From positions 1,426,001 to 1,490,000 of the forward strand of contig OZ025781.1 in NCBI GenBank assembly GCA_964019425.1: DNA of 64,000 nt, read 5' to 3'. The translations under genes were made by a program, and so were the position numbers. This stretch comes from Flectonema sp. DT1601. Taxonomy: Eukaryota. Under the pieces are notes generated by a model. That model had not been told where the DNA came from. It worked only from the letters and a program-made list of their open reading frames with translations, and searched no databases. Below are positions 1-9,559 of the stretch, in pieces. Positions within the stretch are counted from its first letter, which is position 1. Each line of letters opens with the position of its first letter.

Positions 1-1
1 A

Positions 2-1699
2 TGTGGTAAGTACAATGTGTTATATGATCCGTTAGATTGGAAGAAACCGGTCATTGGAAAAGGAACAATCAACGGAGCGCAAGTTGTAACAAAAGGAGGA
101 GATACAACAACTAAGGTCGCCAGTAATACAACACCACCAGTGATGGCTACTAATCTACCAGTTTTATCAACGAGAGAGATAAAGCCAAGAGGTCAAAATC
201 CTAAATCACCTGTTGGATCGCCTTGCGCTGGTCGTCGTAGTACGTTCGGTCCTCAACAGACACCAGTTGATTTTATTGCGAGACGTAAGCGTCTTGTTCA
301 ATTTTATGAACTTTATAATCCTGAGAAGTTGGGAACGGTTGATACGATCATGAACTTAGCGAGGGAATCAGGTTGGACTGAAATAGAACTTTTTACAAAC
401 TTATCTCAGAAATATAACTTACCTACTAAATCTGTGTTTGAGAAATTAAAACTTAAGTCTCACACTGACCCAACCGTTGGTGACGGACATGGCCACGCTC
501 TGGCAGATGCTGCTTTGAGAGATGCCCTGGAACAGGTTTTGAAAGAAGAATTCGTTGAGTGGGTTAATAAAACAATAGTGTTGAAACCATTATTGACTGT
601 TCCGCAATTGGGAGAACGCCTTTCCGACGGAGTTATCCTGTGTCAACTGCTGCAAACATTAGATTCTGCTGTACGCTTTCGGTACCACGCAAAGACAGCA
701 AACCGTTTTCAAAAACTCGCAAATGTAGAAACATTCTTAAAGCACGCAGTTAAGATGTTTGATATTGGTAAAGATGATTTATTTGACCCAGCGGATGTTG
801 TATCTGGAGAGCACACAAAACAGGTTATGTCAGTCTTCCTGTACGTAGCAAAGGCTGCTCACGAAATCTACCAATCATACGCTCCGGAAATTGTTACGAT
901 GGAAATGGAAATCGAAAAAACCGAAGCAGAACTCACAAACGAAGAAGTGACGAGACTACTTGCTGCGCAGCAACAAGAAGTACAAGAAAAGTTAAACGAG
1001 GCAGAGATAAAGAGACGGGAGGAAGAGGCAGAACGTATTCGCAAAGAAACCGAAGAAAAGGAGCGAATGGAAGCCTGGAAAGAGATGGAGCGCCGAAAGA
1101 TCAGAGAAGAAGAGAGGAGAAGGTTTGAGGAAGAAACCAAACGCCGTGAGGAACAAGCCGAAGCACTTCGCGTAATGAAGCGATTTGAAGAAGAAAAGCG
1201 CATTCAACAAGAGCAAGAACTGCGCCAGGCAGCTTACATGCGTCAGAGAGAAAAGCATGAGGCAGAGGCAAGACAACGTGAACAAGAGAGAAGAGCTGCT
1301 GCCCACGCTAAAGACTATTCTGAAGATAGACCAATCTTTCAATACCGAGTCAAGGATGGTCAGAATCGTTACATTGGTGATCGTAATGACACCATCGATG
1401 TCGCCGTCGGTCGTATTGTCAACGGTCTTCCTATGTGTGTTCCAGCAGTAAAAATAAGAAAGTTGAAAAGTGGAATGTACGGTATCGAATACCCAAAGCG
1501 TCTCGTATTCCACGTTCGTGTTATTAGAGACTGCGTAGTCATCAGAGTTGGTGGTGGTTGGGAATCACTTGAGGAATATCTTCGTAGACGTCTACGTGAC
1601 TACCCAGAAGTTATCGAAAAGGTTGACTTCACAAAAGATCTGATTGGAACTCAGAGGATTACGATGCTTCATAAATCAAAACCTGCAATGAAATTCTAA
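2..1699 (+). CDS. GAS2-like actin-microtubule linker: calponin-homology (CH) domain, charged coiled coil and C-terminal GAS2/GAR domain; 5' end lies outside the window
   Basis: The frame is open from position 2 (C-G-K-Y-N-V-L-Y-D-P...), so the track start at 17 is not a real ATG. CH motif: EFVEWVNKT...LGERLSDGVILCQLLQTL...NVETFLKHA...LFDPADVV. GAR motif: IDVAVGRIV...KIRKLKSGMY...VRVIRDCVVIRVGGGWESLEEYL. E/R/K-rich helix between the two. Stop TAA at 1697-1699. Confidence 0.9.
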   Translation, partial: CGKYNVLYDPLDWKKPVIGKGTINGAQVVTKGGDTTTKVASNTTPPVMATNLPVLSTREIKPRGQNPKSPVGSPCAGRRSTFGPQQTPVDFIARRKRLVQFYELYNPEKLGTVDTIMNLARESGWTEIELFTNLSQKYNLPTKSVFEKLKLKSHTDPTVGDGHGHALADAALRDALEQVLKEEFVEWVNKTIVLKPLLTVPQLGERLSDGVILCQLLQTLDSAVRFRYHAKTANRFQKLANVETFLKHAVKMFDIGKDDLFDPADVVSGEHTKQVMSVFLYVAKAAHEIYQSYAPEIVTMEMEIEKTEAELTNEEVTRLLAAQQQEVQEKLNEAEIKRREEEAERIRKETEEKERMEAWKEMERRKIREEERRRFEEETKRREEQAEALRVMKRFEEEKRIQQEQELRQAAYMRQREKHEAEARQREQERRAAAHAKDYSEDRPIFQYRVKDGQNRYIGDRNDTIDVAVGRIVNGLPMCVPAVKIRKLKSGMYGIEYPKRLVFHVRVIRDCVVIRVGGGWESLEEYLRRRLRDYPEVIEKVDFTKDLIGTQRITMLHKSKPAMKF

Positions 1700-3089
1700 C
1701 AATCTTTGAGATATCATTCATACTGGTCTCCCTTAACTTGTTTAGATAGATTAGAACTATCTCAGCTTGAGTCGCACGGAAAGTTGGCGATCTTGAAATT
1801 AGAATCGCACGATTTCCAAAACAAATGATTCAGTCTTTTGATATGTTGAGTTGCTTAATGTTGTGTTAGCTGTCAGACTTGTGTACCCTATCCCCCTCAT
1901 TTTCTCTCATGTAGTTGTAGAATTCTTTTTTTTGTGTGTGATTCAACACTCTGCCTACCAGTACAAATAATAATCACGTCTTCATATAAATAGAAAGTCA
2001 TTGACGGGGAGTGCACGTAACACTTAAACAATTTTCTTCTTATTTCTATTTTTTTTTTTTCCATTCTCTGAGTTGAAAAATTCATCATATACTAATCTCA
2101 GTCAGATTTGGTATTTGCTTGTGGGTGCGAGATACTTGGGTATTCTAGTACAGGGTCAACTTTTGTATTTGATTTGATTTGATTTGATTTATTTATGTTT
2201 TAAACACTTTTTAAACATTTAAAAAAAAAAAAAAAAATTATTATCAATTTGGAAAAAAAAAAAAAAAAAAAAAAAAAGGAAGGAAGAAAAAAACAACAGC
2301 AAATAAACACTTCGCTGGTTTCTTTATTTATCAATTTCTAAGTTTGTTAGGTTGGGCATGGGTAGCGTATCTCCTTTGCGAAGTATGGTCAGTCAGTGAC
2401 CTCTTGGTATATCTTGCCTGCAATCCAGGGCATGAACTACTACTATGTTCGTTCAATTCGTGTATTTTGTTGCGTGCCGTTGTTGATGCCTTCCGTGTTG
2501 CTGTTCATTCTCGTCACAGAAGCTTTCTCCCTTACCCTTTTTTATTTTGTATGTGCGATTCATAATTATAGTTGTGGTGGTTGGAAACCAAATGACATGT
2601 GCACCTGAAGATGCGCATTGAAGGATTAGGAAAGGAAAAAAAAAAATACAAAAAAAAAACAAAAACAAACCAATAGACAAAAGTCCGAAAAAGTTAGTGT
2701 GCGAATGCAGAAAAAAAAAAAAAAAAAAAAAAAAAATGTAAAAAAAGATCGGTATAGCAAATCGGACTTTTTTTCCTCTTTTTTCCCCCTCATTTTTTTT
2801 TTTTTTTTTTTTTCCCCCCAATCGCAGAAACAAACAAGTTCTTATTTTCGCAAAGAACAAAAAAAAGAAAAGATTCGAAAAGAAAGGAAAATTCACCTAC
2901 GGGACCAACAGTTGTCCGAAGAACAAAAAACCAACGAACTGTTTTTTCCCCCTTTTTTTCATACAGTGAAACTAAATATAAAACAGAGAAAGACTAAAAC
3001 CATTCAATTCTGGTATCCCAAAAAGTGATGATAAATTATTTATCGTTTTCAATTTAAGAAAATTAAATTCAGTACTCCAACAGGTAAAG

Positions 3090-5024
3090 ATGTCGGACAG
3101 GTCTGACGTTAGAGAAGTTGCTGCTCAATGCAGATGGCGAGGACTGACAAAGTGCAGCATTTGGTTGGGAGAACAACTGGCTAGTATTCCCCCTGAAAGA
3201 CTCAGTTGTAGAGTCATTGTATGGTCAGATGGTGGTGTCTCACCCAGAGACTTGGCAAAATATTTATTAGCAAAAGCCGCATTTGATGCCAGAGAGTACC
3301 TGAGAGCCTGGCACACCACAAAAGGATGTCAATCTCCAAGAGCGTTATTTCTTCATTACTATTCGAGATACATGGCTGGTGAAGAAAGGAGACAATGTCA
3401 TATATCAAATGGAGAACAACCCGCATCAGTAAAAAACGCCTTCGTTCCTGAGATATGTAAAGACCTTCACAATCTACCTCAAGCTGTAACAAGTAATGAT
3501 CCGTACCTACTGTGGATTACTGGAGTTACATTGAGGTGTTTACAGAAACATAATCAAGCGATTCAAGCATTTATATCATCAGTTATATTACAGCCACTCT
3601 TTTGGTCGAGTTGGCAGGAACTGTTGGTTCTTGATGGAGGTGCGGGACATGCTCTTCAGAAACTACAACAATTCAACTGGAATGATCATTGGATAATCAG
3701 GTTTGTTACAGCTAAGCACTCCGCTTACCAACACAAATGGGAAAAAGCACTTGAGAAACTTCTTCCACTCGGAAAACAATATCCAAAAAGTCCAGCATTC
3801 ATACAACATATTGGTTCAGCACGCAGACACCTTCATCAATGGAGAAGCGCCAAAGAATTATTTGAGAGATTATTGGAGCTTCAACCTTATCGATTCGAAG
3901 GTATTGTTGACTACAGCAACGTCTTATTCATAACAAGAAGACATAATCTACCTGAATTATGTCAGTTGGCGAGACGTGCATTTTCTGTATCGAGATATAA
4001 ACCAGAAACTTGTATGGTTCTTGCTGACTATCACAGTGCTGGTGAGCGTCACGCAAAAGCATACGACTATTGTAAAAGAGCTTTACTCTTAGATCCAATC
4101 TGCTCAAAAGACTCTCATATCTTAATGGGACAGGAGGCTATTGAATTAAAGAAAACTGGTCTCGCAATGCTGTCATACCGAGTAGCTGTGGAAACTGCAA
4201 AGGAATGTAAAAACACTGGACTGTACAACAATGAAGATACTAAAAAAAGATGTGGGTCAGGTTGGTACGGACTCGGGATGGCATACGAACTGTTTAGACT
4301 TCCCTGTTTAACTCTTCATCATTACATTAGAGCTGCACAACAACCATCTGTTGTCACAGATCAACAACCATTCTGGGGAGGTGTTGCTGCTATGTATGAA
4401 GAAGTCGGGATGCTTGATGAAGCAAGTAGATGTTGTAATCGAAAAGCAGGAACATCTGAAACGATTATTCATCTCGCGAGACTCTCTCGAAAACGAGGAA
4501 ATATGTCTGCGGCTTTTGATTATTATAATCAATTTTTAAAAAATGCAAAAGTTCATCCGTCAATAATCACAACAGATAATCCAATACTACTAAAGTCAGA
4601 TGCTGAAGGAACACATCAAGAAGCTTTACTCTTTATTGCTCTTCATCGAAAACAACAAATAACGCAATATTTGAAAGACAATCCTGGTGCTACTTCATCA
4701 ACCTTCACAGAGGAGATAATTGATTTTATTAAAAGCGCAAAGGAAGCCTGCGACACTCTAACGATTTGCGGGCCTTCAGTTGAAACTGTTACGTATGACA
4801 GACCGCCTTCTTTTAACAACCCGTCGATTCCTTCTCAACACGCCTATTCAAATGCAGAAGAAATCGCTTCAGCTATCAACGGCATTATAAAGAAATATAA
4901 CATTACGTTTGCTCCTTCAGCGTGTTTTACTCCTATCAAAGGAATTCAAACAGAATCTGTCGCCACCCCTTCTGGACAACAAGTCGAGCCCACCAAATTA
5001 AAAGCAGCCAGGAAGCTATTTTAG
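3090..5024 (+). CDS. CDC23: Anaphase-promoting complex subunit 8 (APC8/Cdc23), TPR protein, divergent
   Basis: APC8 N-terminal signature: CRWRGLTKCSIWLGEQL...YLLAKAAFDAREYLRA...FLHYYSRYMAGE. TPR motifs: PYRFEGIVDYSNVLF, YKPETCMVLADYHS, KRALLLDP, LMGQEAIELK, WYGLGMAYE. Single 644-aa ORF. Confidence 0.88.
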   Translation: MSDRSDVREVAAQCRWRGLTKCSIWLGEQLASIPPERLSCRVIVWSDGGVSPRDLAKYLLAKAAFDAREYLRAWHTTKGCQSPRALFLHYYSRYMAGEERRQCHISNGEQPASVKNAFVPEICKDLHNLPQAVTSNDPYLLWITGVTLRCLQKHNQAIQAFISSVILQPLFWSSWQELLVLDGGAGHALQKLQQFNWNDHWIIRFVTAKHSAYQHKWEKALEKLLPLGKQYPKSPAFIQHIGSARRHLHQWRSAKELFERLLELQPYRFEGIVDYSNVLFITRRHNLPELCQLARRAFSVSRYKPETCMVLADYHSAGERHAKAYDYCKRALLLDPICSKDSHILMGQEAIELKKTGLAMLSYRVAVETAKECKNTGLYNNEDTKKRCGSGWYGLGMAYELFRLPCLTLHHYIRAAQQPSVVTDQQPFWGGVAAMYEEVGMLDEASRCCNRKAGTSETIIHLARLSRKRGNMSAAFDYYNQFLKNAKVHPSIITTDNPILLKSDAEGTHQEALLFIALHRKQQITQYLKDNPGATSSTFTEEIIDFIKSAKEACDTLTICGPSVETVTYDRPPSFNNPSIPSQHAYSNAEEIASAINGIIKKYNITFAPSACFTPIKGIQTESVATPSGQQVEPTKLKAARKLF

Positions 5025-5146
5025 TCTGCTTTAATCATTTTCTTTTTTTTTTAAAAATTTTCCCCCCTTTTTTTTTAAATTCTTTTTTTTATTCTATATT
5101 TCTCATTTTTTATTTAGATGCCCGTAGATTCCCACCACTCAATTAG

Positions 5147-5411
5147 AGCGAGACGGTGATATATTTTTCTTTGCAATTCGGTTTTTTTTTTTTTTTTGTT
5201 GTTAAAGTTCGATTACATATTCTTATTAGCAGGTAAAGTAAGTAGCCAAAATGTGTAAACCTGTATTACTTAAGAAAGCGAGACGGTGACATGTTTTTCT
5301 TTGCAATTCGGTTTTTTTTTTTTTTTTTTTTTTTTTTTTGTTGTTAAAGTTCGATCACATTCTTATTAGCAGGTGAGGTAAGTAGGCAACGACTGTTAAA
5401 ATGTGTAAACC
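5147..5411 (+). repeat. Tandem duplication of a ~115-135 bp unit (5147-5261 and 5277-5411) upstream of the 137-aa gene
   Basis: Both copies read AGCGAGACGGTGA..TTTTCTTTGCAATTCGG(T)nGTTGTTAAAGTTCGAT..TTCTTATTAGCAGGT.AGTAAGTAG..AAAATGTGTAAACC. Confidence 0.95.
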
Positions 5412-5502
5412 GTTTTGGTTACCATGTTGATTCCGTGGATAAAGAGTTATAACTTATACTTTCTTACAGTAATTAAAAGAAGAAAAAAGAGAAATAGACA
5501 AC

Positions 5503-5916
5503 ATGACCGTCATGACTATTACAGAGAAGAGAAGCCTTCAAAGAATTAAATTGGCCTACCAGAGAATTAGAATTAACATCGCCGAGAACTTAGCTGAGGA
5601 AGAGTCGGCTGTTAGCACCCCAGTAAGCACAAGAGGATCAAGTGAATCGTCATTACAAGTAAGCATCGTTAGCGACAGTAGTAATGAGAGAAGCGAGACT
5701 GAACTGAGGGAAGAACGCGCTGAGAAGCTTCTCCGCATTAAATCAATGTACAAAGCTATCTCTAAGGAATCTACCACTCAGAGCTGGATCGATCTTATGC
5801 GCGAACAACGTGATTCTGCTGCTCGCAGCTGTCGCGCAGAGTACAAGGAAACACCTGATTTTTCAAACAGTGTCAACCTCTGTCACCTTATTAAAGACCC
5901 ACAGTGGATCTTGTAA
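5503..5916 (+). CDS. Hypothetical protein (137 aa), Ser/Glu-rich middle, no recognised family
   Basis: ATG after a pyrimidine-rich ...TTCTTACAG acceptor (5469) and an A-rich leader. Much higher GC than the flanks, no homopolymer runs, and codon usage like the real genes. Confidence 0.72.
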   Translation: MTVMTITEKRSLQRIKLAYQRIRINIAENLAEEESAVSTPVSTRGSSESSLQVSIVSDSSNERSETELREERAEKLLRIKSMYKAISKESTTQSWIDLMREQRDSAARSCRAEYKETPDFSNSVNLCHLIKDPQWIL

Positions 5917-7268
5917 GAAATCCTATTAAGTACCAAAAAAAAAAAAATTCATATTTCTGACTATTCAATACTCAACATGACTTTACTCTCTCTAATGAAC
6001 TTCTTTCATCTACTCAAAAAAAAAAAAAAAAAGAAATTTATTTTTTAATTAATTTCTCATCGATTTCTAACTAAACGTCATAATGACAATAGTCAAAAAT
6101 ATTTACGGTAGCATTGGATGAAAGACAGAAGAAACAAAATAAAAAAAGAAGATCAGTCAGTAGAAATGATAATATAAACCTTAATTGATGATGATGGTGT
6201 AGAATGGGTGACAAGTTAAGATGCATATCATGCTTAGCATACTAATAACAGCTACCTTAGATGCTCAAGAAGAGGAAATTCCAATGTTTCTTTGTAGCTT
6301 ACCATCGCATTGAAGAACAACGACTGAATACGATTTCACTCAGCTGCTGCTGGTGATTGTCATCTCTAAACCTTTGCTGAGGTCAACGCAAGGTAATAAA
6401 GAAATTATATATGAAAAAAAAAAAAAATACTAAAAAAATGTCATGTCATAGGGCATTTTTTGTGCCATGTGCCTCAACGTGGTCTACCTCTCGAAAATGT
6501 AAAAAGAACGAAGAAAGAAAAAAAAAAATTACAGGAAAAAAAAAGAAAAAAAAAGGAAGAAAAAAAAAACAATTTATGAGGGAATATTCTTTTTTTCTGT
6601 TTAATTTTTGCAACAAAAAAAAAAAAAAAAGCAAAAAGAAAAAGAAATATGAATAAGCCCTTTTACTGTGAAAAAAAAAAAAGAAAAAAAAAAATGTAAG
6701 AAAGACAATGGGAGGGGGAAAAAAAAGTAAAAAAATGCGCCGGGAGATGGCTTATCCGTGTTGACGTAAGACGTACTCGAAATTTCATCACAGTTCCCGT
6801 CTCACTCCCATTCTCCCCTCGCCAAACTTCGTTTAAATTATTGTCAAGTGAAGAAATACTCGTGTATCGTTTGATAACTGGATAAGCTTCTTGCCTGCAG
6901 CTTTTTTTCTTTTCTTTTTCATTCTCCCTTTTCTTTTTTTTTTTTCTTCCTTTTTTTTTTCTTCTTTCTTTTTTTTTTCCTTTTTCTTTTCTTTCTTGTT
7001 CTTTTTTCTTTCAGAAAACTACTGCTGTTTTTTCTTCTTTTTTTTTTTTTTTTTTTATCGGAGCCTCAAAGCTGAGGCCATTCAAGTAGTAGTTTTTTTG
7101 AAAAACCTTTTTGAGGGTTAGCCCTTTTGTTGCACCTGGTGTGGGGTGATATGTGTTGTTGGATATACGTGCCGCCTTACTAAGGCTTTTTCCGAAGTTC
7201 TAGACTTAGGAAGGTTCTTTTTTCTTGATTGAGCAGGATTTATTCGCCTGCTTTTATTTTTTTTTTTC

Positions 7269-7320
<52 letters not shown>

Positions 7321-8158
7321 TTTTTTTTTTTACTTCAATCTCGTTCCTTATTCGTTAATTTTAGTTACCCTTACTTTTTATGTTTTTTTTTTTACTCAAA
7401 TGTAGTGAACATATGTTCTGCTTTAAAAAGGGTTCTGGTAGGATGGTGCCTCACTTGACCCCTTTCCTTGGTGGGGGGGGGACTGGCTCTGTCAACCTCT
7501 CCTCTCCTCCCTGGAAAAAAAAAAAAATAAGGTGGTTGTTTTTCGCGTTTTTGCGATTGCAAGCCTTGTGATCTTGTATATTTTTATATGCTTCCCCGTG
7601 GAGTTATTCATGTGTTATTTCACAAACCTTGTTCCCTCAAACCCGCTAAAAAAAAAAAGTTACTAGCGAGTAAACAGCTAGCTGAAAGTTGAGTTGTTTT
7701 CCTGAAGTCTGTTTTTTCGAGGCTTCAACCTGATTCGTGCCAGTATCGGGAATGAAAATATTAGCGTTTAGCATTATTTTTTTTCTTTTTTTTTCCCTTT
7801 TTTCTTTTTTCCCCTCCTATTCTTTTTCTACACCCTTGAACCCTTCTACCACAGGCTTCGTGTTGCTAGTGACGCAAAATTATTTTCCTATTGCTAAGCT
7901 AGTCAGCAACTGCAGCCAAAAAAAAAAAAAAAAAAAAAAATTATCTATTGGTGACTTCGTTCACCGAATCAATGTATTTTTTTTGATTGATTTATTTATT
8001 TATTCATTTTTTTTTTTTTAAATATTCTTTTTCAAAGGTACTAACTAGTAATCCATTTCCGACAGTTACGGTCATCGTTCTATGACGACCTAAAAAAGAA
8101 CTGATCGTTCGCTAAGTAGCCTTCAATTCCCGTATCCCTTATTCCCAAAATCCAACAC

Positions 8159-8195
<37 letters not shown>

Positions 8196-8255
8196 ACGCT
8201 TTCTATGTTTTCAATGTGGTCGCCTGTTCAGGTGGCAGAGCGTTTTTTTTTTCCC

Positions 8256-8286
<31 letters not shown>

Positions 8287-9122
8287 CTTGTTATGTATTG
8301 GACTTAAGTTTGTCAAATAGCTAAACACTCTAGGTTTTCTTGCTGTGTATTATTTTTATTTTTTTTTCTTTTTTTTTTGTTCATATAAGAATAAGGTGTT
8401 TGATCTTTATTTTTTTTTTTGAACTGCCTGTTTTCTTCAAAAAAGAATTTTCTTTATTTATTTTTTTTTTTTTTTACTGGCGCGTTTGTACAACGTGCTT
8501 GCGCGCACTAAAGAGTTATCCCACAGTACTGCAATCTCTTTGAGTTTCGTTGTACAGCTTTTGAAGATGCACAACAAAAACTCGGCAAACCTTTTTTTTT
8601 TGTTTTTTTTTTTAAAAAGGCTTTTGTCAAAGAGTTGGTCCTTTCTCTTTTCGGTCAAGTTCCAGCCAGCCGTTAGAAGTACCTATTATTGATTACCAAC
8701 CATATTTCTTTTTAAATTTTTTTTTTTTCCCCTCATTACGAATTCCGATTTATAAAATGCGTGATGACTTGGCAGTTTCCATCTCCTCAATGAGATTAAG
8801 AGGGAAACTTAAAAATATTGGGGCTGAAGTGCCATGGCAACGCTTCCCTTTACAGTTATAGAGCGTTGCTATGGCATGAAAGCTTCAGAGAGAATGAAAC
8901 AAAATAGAGAACTGGATAAAGGTTGTTACCTGTGTTCGGTCCTGTGATATGAAAAATGTAATGCTATGCCGCGTAGAGAGATCCGTGTTTTTTCTTTTTT
9001 TTTCTTTAAAAAGATTTTGTGTAATACCAATATCGATCTGTGATTGCTATGTTTGTCATCAACTTTTCTAATCAATGTCATCTCTTTTCCTATTCTCCTG
9101 TTTTTAAGAATAGGGAGGGTCG

Positions 9123-9153
<31 letters not shown>

Positions 9154-9528
9154 CACAACGGAATTGATTTTAATTCTGGTTTTCTTCTTTTTTTTTTCTC
9201 TCTTGATCTCCTCTTTTTTTAAATTATCTCCCACCTGGTGGGAAGAAAAGAAAGAAAAAAAAAGTGAATGCAAAGACGGTAAAACGTTGTTTGTTATTTA
9301 CCTTTTTTCCAGGCTCTGATGACAAGCTTTTGTAGCATTCACTTGATGAGAAGTAACAATCATCAAAGTTATTTAGGCATGGGCGTGGGACCTTATTTTC
9401 ACCCTCTCCCTTTGTTTTTTTTTTTTTTTTTTTTTTTTTAAAAGGCTATGCCTGTTATTATTTCTTAACAAATTTCCCATTGGTGATGTGTTAGTTAGAG
9501 GGATTAAGCATCGTATTTTTCCCCCCTA

Positions 9529-9559
<31 letters not shown>

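Noticed and set aside
868..1513. Antisense and alternate-frame ORFs overlapping the real genes (also at 3125-4539, 5556-5777, 57942-58462, 60641-61460, 62177-62656)
   Set aside because: Shadows of genuine CDSs; no independent motif.
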